Assembly (NCBI GenBank): GCA_964437225.1
Contig: CAYTFY010000003.1
Coordinates: forward strand, 609,077-673,076
Origin: an uncultured Gemmatimonadaceae bacterium
GTDB taxonomy: Bacteria > Gemmatimonadota > Gemmatimonadetes > Gemmatimonadales > Gemmatimonadaceae
DNA length: 64,000 nt
Direction: 5' to 3'
The first letter of the stretch is position 1. The number at the start of each line of letters is the position of its first letter. This document shows positions 47,809-55,998 of this stretch, in pieces. A program made the position numbers and the translations under genes. The notes beneath the pieces are model-generated. The model was not told the origin of the DNA, made no database searches, and was given only the letters and a program-made list of their open reading frames with translations.

Positions 47809-47959
47809 GTGGGTCCGCTTGACCATTGCAGTATAATTATACGAAGGTCTCGACGTTCGATGTGCTCAAGCGGAAAACGGAAGAAAGCGTAATCGAAGCC
47901 TTCGAAATAGCGTGCCTGCTAACGGGCAAAGGATTCCATTAGCCTATATCTAGTAAATC

Positions 47960-48397
47960 ATGAGTGATCTAATACCAGGTCTAGTTGGCGCAATTGTAGG
48001 ATATATGCTGGGTTGGGGTAAAGAGTTCCTTGATCGATCAAGAAAACGCCGTGCGGTTGCAACGGCCTTGATCCTTGAGATTGAGCGACATATTCCGGTG
48101 CTTCAGCGAGCGACTACACGCGGGTGGGTGGTACCAGATGACTACGGGATGCTCTTATCTCCGATCACGGATCGAATATCTGACTGGGTAGATCTATTTG
48201 ATGCGAACACGGTCGAACAGGTACTGCAATACCGAGCGGTGTTTGCGAGTGTTCATGAGCATGCGACGATAATATTCAATCGCATGGGGCAACAAGTTGT
48301 CTTCCCGCATGGAGCGCCAGGATACCAGAAGCACATTGCGGATTGCGTAGATCTTGCTGAAAAGGCGGTGAAAGCGTTGCGTCATGAACGAGGCTGA
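47960..48397 (+). CDS. Hypothetical protein with N-terminal TM helix
   Basis: 145-aa ORF starting MSDLIPGLVGAIVGYMLGW, followed by a soluble helical region. No recognisable family. Confidence 0.5.
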   Translation: MSDLIPGLVGAIVGYMLGWGKEFLDRSRKRRAVATALILEIERHIPVLQRATTRGWVVPDDYGMLLSPITDRISDWVDLFDANTVEQVLQYRAVFASVHEHATIIFNRMGQQVVFPHGAPGYQKHIADCVDLAEKAVKALRHERG

Positions 48398-48570
48398 ATC
48401 CGCATAGCGTTTTAAGAGTACTCAACAATCTCCTTCATAGTTACAGCTTTTCTTCAGTAGCTCGCCAGGGAGAAAAAACGGACGCGATGGCAGTCTTCCC
48501 TGGCCGTCTTAGGCGTCAGAAGTACAAACGGCTAGGTGAAGTCCGAGCCTAGCGATCGGACGTGGACTTT

Positions 48571-49761
48571 TTAGCTCTGAAAGAGAGAAGTCGATAGCTC
48601 GGTCAATGATGCTGCTTTTTGGGGAGGTCTGACTTTTGAAAGGGAAGAAGGACAATCTTTTCTACGCAAAGCTTGGGAGGTAAATTCGACAATTCTCTTA
48701 TCCGTCATCAAAACATCTACATAAGGAAGATAGGCAATGTGTTGAATGTCAAGTTGGTCACTGGCAACCGGAGTGTTGGTTGCTTTTGCCATCTGTAACT
48801 CTACCGCGCCTGCTAGCCACGTACCGGGGCACTGATCGATTTGAACAAGCGCTGCTATAGAGTCAATCGTAGATTCCTCGGTGACATTAAGAAAGTTACG
48901 GAGTATTTCCTGAACATTTTTACGAAATACTGACTCCTGAATTAAGATGTCAATGTGTTTCTTCTGCGACGTACTGCTGTCCGCGATCGGAAGTAGCGAT
49001 TCCAGACCCTTCCTTGGGCCCAGGTCAGTCATTGTTTGAATAATATCCCGGCCAAGCTCCTCTGTGAGCTTTTTTAGCTGGGTGATCGCTGCGGCCGGAA
49101 GAAGTTGTTCTATACCTTCCCAAACAGAATTGTCCTCAAGAGCTTTGCGGAACATTTCATTTGCTGTCGCAACATCAAAGTCACTGGGATACTCTTCCGG
49201 GATTTCAGAGAGACGCGGTCGTTCATACTGCTGTTCTTTAGGTCGTACCCTTGCACGTGCTCCAGTAGTAAGCGCGCTGCGCAGAAACCGTGATGTATGG
49301 GCGAGAACGGGATCTTCGATGATTACGAGCTGGTCGATTTCCTCGGCTGTTCTTAATACCCCAGGAAAAATGTCAATCCAGCGAGTAATTGTTTCCACTA
49401 AGTTAGGCCCGGTGCCTCCGAGGATGCCAAGTTCGCAATAAGCACGGACGATTTCTCGGCCAACGAGTAGGCGAGGACCTAATGGCTCGACTTCCTCGGT
49501 AGGGAAATCAAGAACTAGAGGAGCGAGGCTTTGGAAAGTTTTTCGGCGGGCTTCCCGAGTGATCTGGTCAGCATGCTGACGTAGTTCCATCAAATGCGTA
49601 AGAGTAATAACTAACGCATTAGAACTTTCTTTCCATCGCTTTATAAACTTGCAAAACTCCCGCTGATCTTTTGCTGCAGCAGTTGCTAGTAAATGATGGT
49701 GGCTTGTGTCAAGATAAATGAGTCGCGCTCTATGCTCGGGAAATAATATAGGCTTGGTCAT
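48571..49761 (-). CDS. Hypothetical 396-aa protein with PIN-like N- and C-terminal motifs
   Basis: A clean ORF with N-terminal RLIYLDTSHHHLL...LTHLMELRQ and C-terminal IAYLPYVDVLMTDKRIVEF. These resemble the first and last acidic-residue strands of PIN-like nucleases, separated by a long insert. The assignment is tentative. Confidence 0.6.
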   Translation of the reverse strand: MTKPILFPEHRARLIYLDTSHHHLLATAAAKDQREFCKFIKRWKESSNALVITLTHLMELRQHADQITREARRKTFQSLAPLVLDFPTEEVEPLGPRLLVGREIVRAYCELGILGGTGPNLVETITRWIDIFPGVLRTAEEIDQLVIIEDPVLAHTSRFLRSALTTGARARVRPKEQQYERPRLSEIPEEYPSDFDVATANEMFRKALEDNSVWEGIEQLLPAAAITQLKKLTEELGRDIIQTMTDLGPRKGLESLLPIADSSTSQKKHIDILIQESVFRKNVQEILRNFLNVTEESTIDSIAALVQIDQCPGTWLAGAVELQMAKATNTPVASDQLDIQHIAYLPYVDVLMTDKRIVEFTSQALRRKDCPSSLSKVRPPQKAASLTELSTSLFQS

Positions 49762-49933
49762 TTCTGGGTGGAGTCAATGTTGCTCATGTGCTATTGTTCA
49801 AAATTGGATTAACACAACGCCCCACAGAGTATAACACTCACCTGTCATCGCGGCTGAGCACCACCTCGCTGGTGCGGAGTGGCCAAGTTTAGGCAGGTCG
49901 CGCGCCACTGCATTCCGCTCCTAAGTGGTTCTC

Positions 49934-49977
49934 AAGGAGAGCTCTTTAAGCTGCTCTCAGCTAAAAGAGCTCTCCTT
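49934..49977 (-). terminator. Strong hairpin immediately downstream of the 3-TM gene
   Basis: A perfect 14-bp inverted repeat: aaggagagctcttt (49934-49947) / aaagagctctcctt (49964-49977). An inner agctg/cagct pair is also present. No clear U-tract follows, so intrinsic-terminator function is uncertain. Confidence 0.4.
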
Positions 49978-49983
49978 CGAAGG

Positions 49984-50802
49984 CTACCTATTAAGGCTTA
50001 ATAATCCGCCCACGACGGTCAGCGACACCAGTATCGTCACCACGTGAAGTGCTAGAAGGGCGTTCGGCACCCAAATCTCACGAGACGTAAAGGAACGGTA
50101 AATCTTGGGATCTTCTCCCCTTCCAAGAGCTTCCCACTCCGCGGCATAAATCGAGGCCTTTAGATAGCGCTCGATATAGTTGATAACCTGAAACTTACCT
50201 CGATTCAATTGTCCGAACGATGAGATCAAACTTCGCCATGCACCGCATAAAATGGCACCGGCCACAGCCAGTACAGCTACACCAAGTCCGCCCATTCTGT
50301 TGCCACCGGAGTTCTGAACAATCAATCCCGAAGCGGTGAGGAGTGCTCCATTCATCGTCAGAAAAAAAGTATTTACCGCCTGCCGGCGACCAACAAGGCC
50401 CTCCGAGCTTTGAACCATAATCTTGTAGAGATCAAGAGCTTGCTGAGTCGCGGCGTCGCCTTCAGGGGGGCCGAACGGGAAAAGAACTTCGGCGAAACGC
50501 GGTCGAGACGGAGTGCGTATCCCGAGTTCATCTGCAGCGCGGCGAATGGCAACGACGAAGATCCGATCCTCGTCTTGAACGGAGCTTGGTAATTCGTCGT
50601 AAGCGACCAGAGAGGCGTGAGTAGAATCGCGCTCAGCCATCCAAGCTGACCATGCGTCGTGAACATCACTTTCGCTCACATCACACCCTTTAGAGCGAAG
50701 GAGAATAGCATACGTTCGAAGCAAAGCTTCGGCATGGCCATTCGGCATACGCTCATCTGGGATGTGCTTTCGGATTCGGGCGGCGATATCGTCGAGGTAC
50801 AT
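49984..50802 (-). CDS. Membrane protein: soluble N-domain with RyR-like motif plus three C-terminal TM helices; candidate effector partner of the TIR gene
   Basis: 272-aa ORF starting 6 nt after the TIR-like gene stop. N-domain VHDAWSAWMAERDSTHASLVAYDELPSSVQDEDRIFVVAI. TM segments FFLTMNGALLTASGLIV, GLGVAVLAVAGAILCGAW and ALLALHVVTILVSLTVVGGLL. Confidence 0.7.
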   Translation of the reverse strand: MYLDDIAARIRKHIPDERMPNGHAEALLRTYAILLRSKGCDVSESDVHDAWSAWMAERDSTHASLVAYDELPSSVQDEDRIFVVAIRRAADELGIRTPSRPRFAEVLFPFGPPEGDAATQQALDLYKIMVQSSEGLVGRRQAVNTFFLTMNGALLTASGLIVQNSGGNRMGGLGVAVLAVAGAILCGAWRSLISSFGQLNRGKFQVINYIERYLKASIYAAEWEALGRGEDPKIYRSFTSREIWVPNALLALHVVTILVSLTVVGGLLSLNR

Positions 50803-50808
50803 AGATGA

Positions 50809-51192
50809 CTAAACCCAGGTTCTTAACCACTTCGCTATCTGATCGAAGTTCCAGCGGATGACGTCACTGCTTGGAATACCTGTCGGAATTGAGTGCGACT
50901 TATCCTTGTTGATCTGAATGCCAAAGAGGTAATGACCTTGTCGGGTCGTCTCCGCGATCTCCCAAAGTACTGCGTCCGATTTCCAAGTCGTGGGGCCAAT
51001 CAAGACGATGGTTCCTTTCGTTATGCCAATCCTCTTAGAGCATTCAGTCTTCCATTGGGAATCAAAAGGACTTTTCACAGAGTAGTCGTAAAACTCGATG
51101 TTGTTTCGGTCATCTCTAGCATGCTGCGCTAGAAAATCGCGCGCCCATTTGTCCTCCATTTCGAAGCTGATGAATGCACGAGGTGTAGCCAT
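50809..51192 (-). CDS. TIR-like (DUF1863 / ThsB-like) protein
   Basis: Start at MATPRAFISFEMEDKWARDFL (ATG at 51192, with GGAG 7 nt upstream). GTIVLIGPTTWKSDAVLWEIAETTRQGHYLFGIQIN matches the ThsB pattern ..VLIG..T..R.WV.YEI......IIGI.IN, including the glutamate. The ORF-track N-extension to 51501 is Arg-rich and rejected. Confidence 0.7.
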   Translation of the reverse strand: MATPRAFISFEMEDKWARDFLAQHARDDRNNIEFYDYSVKSPFDSQWKTECSKRIGITKGTIVLIGPTTWKSDAVLWEIAETTRQGHYLFGIQINKDKSHSIPTGIPSSDVIRWNFDQIAKWLRTWV

Positions 51193-52197
51193 GGATAATC
51201 TCCGTTGTCCTGTTTTGAATTGGATGCGAGGGACCGCCGACTGAGCGGCCCCGTAGACCCGCAATGGGGGTGGCACTCTAACGATATTTGGACTGCAAAG
51301 CTTCAGTTCATATAAGTGATGTAAATTAGCCCTCTTCAAAATATATGCTGAACGCCGCCTGCAGTCGCATCGCAGTTTGCTCGGAGCGTCCCTCCCCCAG
51401 AGAGTGCGCGAACTGCCTGCATTCTTGGTTGGGTGACCGAGCGAAAGAATCGGTCTCCGAACGGTCCCGGTAGGCGGGTGATAGTGACCGTTGGACGTCA
51501 AAAATCATCCAAATCTGGTCCTTGCCTGGGCTGACCGCATTGAAGGCCATGGGCATTGGGGCTGGAATCGTAGTGTTCTTAAAGGGTGTTTTGGGACCGT
51601 ATATTTAAGGCGTCGGAACCAAGGCGTATCCAACCTACCTGACAGTGAAACAAGGTCTAGGAACACATGGGCGAAGGTGGGTCTTACGCCTGGTGAGCCA
51701 TTTCTGACGCAGAATATGCCTTAGAAAAAGTTCGTCAATTGCCAGGAATCTGCACTCGTGACGGTGATTCATTCACAATGGCAGAACGCACTGGATGAGC
51801 GATCTCATGGAAGATTGGTCGGCCATTCGATTGGCGAACCGCTCAGGCACTCATTGATGAGGATCGGGTTGAACGCTAAAAGATCAATCGCGTCGGTGGG
51901 TCTCTTTCACTCAACATCGGAAGACAACAGGGACCGCTTCCAATAATCAGCAAATCCCAGAAATCCGCAGCGGACGTTTTGGGCAAGTTACAAATACGGC
52001 AAGGCTGGATTGGTACCAGCGATCTCTTACAGCCTCTGGATGAGAAGAGTCTCTCGTCCTCGCTAATGTTTCCGTCGATCGAGGCATGGGGCTCTCGAGT
52101 CCGTGGCACGGGGGGCTACCATAAGAGAAATCCCGACGAAAAGATATGAAAATATCAAAATTGTGATGTTTGTGTAAGATATTTAAGAAATAAAAAC

Positions 52198-52230
52198 TGT
52201 GTTGACACGATAGTGTGTACAACACATTAT
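52198..52230 (+). promoter_or_regulatory. Candidate promoter with overlapping operator palindrome upstream of the XRE gene
   Basis: TTGACA (52202-52207), a 17-nt spacer, then CATTAT (52225-52230), 6 nt before the ATG. There is an imperfect palindrome tgtgttgacac (52198-52208) / gtgtacaacaca (52215-52226). The host promoter consensus is unknown. Confidence 0.3.
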
Positions 52231-52236
52231 TGTGTT

Positions 52237-53076
52237 ATGCGAAATCGTGTTCGTGACCTTCGTACTCGACTCGGGTGGTCCCAAAATGAGCTTGCCAAAG
52301 CCGCAGGAACAAGTCAGCAGCAAATTCAACGTATTGAAATTGGCGATCAAAGCGTCAAGCTTGACCTTGCTATACGTCTCGCAACTGCTCTAAAAGCCGA
52401 CCTGACAGAAGTATTTCCGCAAGCAAAGCAAGCGCTTGGAAGCTCGCGTCCTCATAACGTCGCAGACCTTACACAGTTAGCCGACAATGACAAAAAGCGT
52501 CGTGCTCTAGAAGATGCAGGACTTGATACCGATAGTGATTCTTGGTCTTTAGTTATCGGCTTAAGAACCGGAGCGAAAGTTCATTTACCAATTAGTACTG
52601 AAGAGAAAAATCGGTTTAGACATAATTTGATATCGATAGAACCAAGTGCACCATTTTTTGTATTCGATTCAGGCCATTTTCATGTTGGTATCAACCTCCT
52701 TGAAATACAGTATGTGCAGGAGTTATGGGAGCCAGATCCAACAATTAGTGAATGGGCCACGCCCAAATTTGATAAAACGGATATCACCGTCTATCTAAGA
52801 GGAAGAGCCGAACCATTGTTGTTCAGTGGTAGTCCAGATTGGGAAGACAGTTCAGATGAAGAAGATATCGGTCAATTCGAAAGTATATTCCAGATAGCTC
52901 AGACATTCATCGAAAAATACCACTTTTTTGACTTCCTTGACGGTGATGGTGAGTCCGTGCATTTACGAGCGCAGGATATAGAACTTTTAGCGATTCCTAT
53001 GTGGTTGACGGATAAAGAGTTTATTGATGATGAGTTAGATAAGGACGATAGTGAATCAAGCAACATCGACGAGTGA
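52237..53076 (+). CDS. XRE-family HTH protein with an uncharacterised C-terminal domain of about 210 aa and an acidic tail
   Basis: MRNRVRDLRTRLGWSQNELAKAAGTSQQQIQRIEIGDQSVKLDLAIRLATAL is a canonical HTH_3 domain. The C-terminus is unassignable and ends DDELDKDDSESSNIDE. Confidence 0.8.
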   Translation: MRNRVRDLRTRLGWSQNELAKAAGTSQQQIQRIEIGDQSVKLDLAIRLATALKADLTEVFPQAKQALGSSRPHNVADLTQLADNDKKRRALEDAGLDTDSDSWSLVIGLRTGAKVHLPISTEEKNRFRHNLISIEPSAPFFVFDSGHFHVGINLLEIQYVQELWEPDPTISEWATPKFDKTDITVYLRGRAEPLLFSGSPDWEDSSDEEDIGQFESIFQIAQTFIEKYHFFDFLDGDGESVHLRAQDIELLAIPMWLTDKEFIDDELDKDDSESSNIDE

Positions 53077-53095
53077 GATGCTGGAATAATAGCAT

Positions 53096-53827
53096 ATGAT
53101 GATACTTGAATCAGTATTGACGTGGCTTCGTGACCCTATCTGGCAAAGCTTAGGGGTATTAATCGCAGTTTTTGCTGCAGCTTGGACAGCAGGGCGACGA
53201 GATAAGAAGCAGATATATTACGAGACTTTTTCATCTCCAGTTGTGGTTCCTGATGCTGGATATGGAGATCGAGTGAAAGTATTGTTTGATGAGAAAGAAG
53301 TCTCGAATGTATGGACTGGAAGATTTTCTATTCAAAACAGAGGAAACATCCCAGTCAAATCCGGGGATTTTGAACAAAATATTGTTTTAACTGTCGGCCC
53401 AGAAAGTCAGTTTTTGAGTGCCGCTATTGGTCGAGTATCGGAACCAACTCTGAATCCAAATCTTGAGTTTGTACCAGGGAGTTCACAACTATCTATCCGG
53501 CCCATGTTACTTAATCCAGGAGATCGCTTCGAGATAAACTTTGTTTCAGAGGGAGTACGTCCTACGATCAAAGTAATGTCAAGAATTTCTGGTATCAAAT
53601 CTATAAAGCCAGATCCTGCGTTTGCTCGGGATCTATTCTTCAATAGCATTCTAATATGTAGTATCTCTCTAGGGATGACTTTTTATATAGATAGAAACCC
53701 ACAAATGCGTGACGCTGTGGGCGGCAACGGCGTGCTCGTTTTAATCGCATCCGTAACCGTAATAGGTATATTTCTGTCGAAGTCTTCATTTTCTGAATGG
53801 AGACGTAAGGAGCGTTTTGATAGTTAA
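53096..53827 (+). CDS. Hypothetical membrane protein (1 N-terminal and 2 C-terminal TM helices around a beta-rich domain)
   Basis: 243-aa ORF starting 19 nt after the XRE gene. TM segments SLGVLIAVFAAAW, FFNSILICSISLGMTFYI and GVLVLIASVTVIGIFL. The coding sequence is A+T-rich. Confidence 0.65.
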   Translation: MMILESVLTWLRDPIWQSLGVLIAVFAAAWTAGRRDKKQIYYETFSSPVVVPDAGYGDRVKVLFDEKEVSNVWTGRFSIQNRGNIPVKSGDFEQNIVLTVGPESQFLSAAIGRVSEPTLNPNLEFVPGSSQLSIRPMLLNPGDRFEINFVSEGVRPTIKVMSRISGIKSIKPDPAFARDLFFNSILICSISLGMTFYIDRNPQMRDAVGGNGVLVLIASVTVIGIFLSKSSFSEWRRKERFDS

Positions 53828-54222
53828 TTTCAGAGCCGTGTAGTGTTTATCGATACACTCGGTGCTCACTTTGGACAGTGTTGTATCATCACTACATACT
53901 CATCGCATTTGTTATCACAGAGCGAAGCGTGATCCCAATCTGAACAGCTGAGCGTAATTAACTTCGATACGTGGAACAGACCCTGATATCATCGTACGAC
54001 TAGAAAACGATCCCGTGTATTGTGACTACCTATTATACAGATAGCTCAATGTAACGACCCAGCCATTTTTGCACAGGTCAGGCGGCTAATCTAAATACTT
54101 CAGCCGAGGTTTTCATCGCCAGCGTCTCGCGTCTGCCCGGGGCTCCGTCCTGGCCTCGCTCTTATCGAGCACCGCGTTCATGGATGAGCGCGTTTGCCTT
54201 CCCGGCGTTTGCTCGTTGTAAA

Positions 54223-54252
54223 GGCGGAAGCGGTGGGACTTGAACCCATCAC
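54223..54252 (-). other. tRNA 3'-end fragment (T-arm plus acceptor 3' strand), no matching 5' half
   Basis: The minus strand reads GTGATGGGTTCAAGTCCCACCGCTTCCGCC. This has a GGGTTCAAGTCCC T-arm followed by a 7-nt acceptor strand, a discriminator and CC. The complementary 5' acceptor strand (cttccgc on +) is absent within the next 100 nt. Confidence 0.55.
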
Positions 54253-54483
54253 TCCGTTGCTAGTTTTCAGGTGCATTGATGGGGTTTGCATTTAGTTTTG
54301 TCCTCTCGCATTTTCCTCTACACAGTCCGCGAGTTCACCCATGAATCGCGTTTATGCTGGGGGCATGGAATGCATTCGAGGCTGTTAGAGCACGGGAAAG
54401 GTACTTTCCAGTTGTCCATACCGTCTAGTTACTGGCTGAGTCAGGAGTACCTTCGCGCACAGAGACTCGCTTTAGAAAGGAAA

Positions 54484-54941
54484 CTAAGAAACGGACCCTA
54501 AAGGATTTCCGGTAGGTGATGCTGTGACAATTTGCCCTATTCCTGCCCTATCTGTGCTCAATATGCCCAATCGTATGGAAATATCAACGACGCTCGAAAA
54601 TGGTCGTGCCAGATCATATTGCGAAAAATCTACTTTCATCTGCACCGAGATATCCGATCCGCGTCCAATATGCCCCATCCGTGGCTCACGTACTTTTGCG
54701 ACGGATTCATGAAACACAACATCTGGCGTGGTGAGCCAACTCGGAAGTTGTATATATCTCTTTCGAAGCTGTCGAAATATCTCCTTGCGTGCTTCGACGA
54801 GATACCCATTCACCGTACTCGCACTGACCTGCATGATCATTGCTGCTGCATCATGCGACCGTTCTGCCACACCACATAACAAGAAGGCCTGTCGACAGCG
54901 CAACGGTAACCGTTGAATAATATTATGGAACCCGCGTTCTT
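54484..54941 (-). pseudogene. Sigma-70 region-4-only ORF; likely truncated sigma-factor remnant
   Basis: IQRLPLRCRQAFLLCGVAERSHDAAAMIMQVSASTVNGYLVEARKEI is a region-4 HTH. The homology runs upstream of the only available start (TTG at 54903) to a stop at 54940-54942. No region 2 is present. Confidence 0.4.
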
Positions 54942-55262
54942 ATGTATAGATGTGCGCTACGCACGTCTATACATAAAATCAATAATTCTTACATCGTTCA
55001 CTTCGCAAATACGTGATTCGCGTGCAGATTACAAGTATTCTCCTAAGCTGATGATTCACATTGGATACTGACCCATTCACGGCATGGGGTGCTAGTGATA
55101 GCAAACGGTGAGATTTATAACGTTGACGATGTGTTGCTATGGAGTAGCTTATAGTGAGACCACTCGAATACATTCTGGGAGCATCCCGCGCATAGAAAAC
55201 ATACATTGCCGTGTTGATCTCATTATTAATGCTTACATCTGTTCGCGTGAGAGGGAACTCGT

Positions 55263-55958
55263 ATGACGTTTTCTGCTGATCTGCGTGCCTTCGCATCGTC
55301 TCAATTCGATGACGATGCCGGTGGTATACAACCAGGGAAACGACCGCAGGGAGAAAGATCTCGTCCCACCATCATCCTCGCCGCATCGCTCATTAGCCGA
55401 GTACAAGCGCGCGACGCCGACGCGTTCCGCGAATTGGTTCAAACGCTCTACGTTCCACTCGTTCGATTCGCGCGTTCCCTCCTTGGCTCACATGATGATG
55501 CCAAAGATGTCGTACAGGACGTATTAGCTCTTGTCTGGGACTTGGGTCCACGTTGGATACCAAATGGCGATCCGGTCGCATATCTATTTGCCAGCGTACG
55601 TAACCACGCGTTAAAAGAAATACGTCGTCGAGACCGCGCACACCAACGCGCTCAACGGGCACACAGTGTTGATTTGGCCGTTCCCGGTAACCCTGAAGCT
55701 ACAGAGCACCCCAACGCGCTCGACCAAGTCATAGAAACCGAAGTCGATATCGTGCATCGACAACATGTGAGCATAGTTCTGTCAACACTCTCGGAGCGCT
55801 ATCGTACTGTCTACGAACTCCGCTACCGACGAGGGCTCTCTGTGTCTGCTATTGCGGAAGTCCTGGGTACGTCTGTGAAGAGCGCAGAACACCTGACCGC
55901 GCGAGTCACGCAGATGGTACTCGAACGGCTTCGACAAAGAATTTCAAGAATTATTTAG
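55263..55958 (+). CDS. ECF-type sigma factor with N-terminal extension (cassette 4)
   Basis: Region 2 is DVVQDVLALVWDLGPRW. Region 4 is LSERYRTVYELRYRRGLSVSAIAEVLGTSVKSAEHLTAR. The N-terminal ADLRAFASSQFDDDAGG parallels the cassette 2 sigma. Confidence 0.85.
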   Translation: MTFSADLRAFASSQFDDDAGGIQPGKRPQGERSRPTIILAASLISRVQARDADAFRELVQTLYVPLVRFARSLLGSHDDAKDVVQDVLALVWDLGPRWIPNGDPVAYLFASVRNHALKEIRRRDRAHQRAQRAHSVDLAVPGNPEATEHPNALDQVIETEVDIVHRQHVSIVLSTLSERYRTVYELRYRRGLSVSAIAEVLGTSVKSAEHLTARVTQMVLERLRQRISRII

Positions 55959-55998
55959 AAAACCGGGGGTTTGGGTGCGTCGGCGGGATGTACCAGGT

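Noticed and set aside
54286-54501. A 71-aa + strand ORF next to the tRNA fragment.
   Set aside because: It is short, has no motif, and lies in a region that looks non-coding or degenerate.
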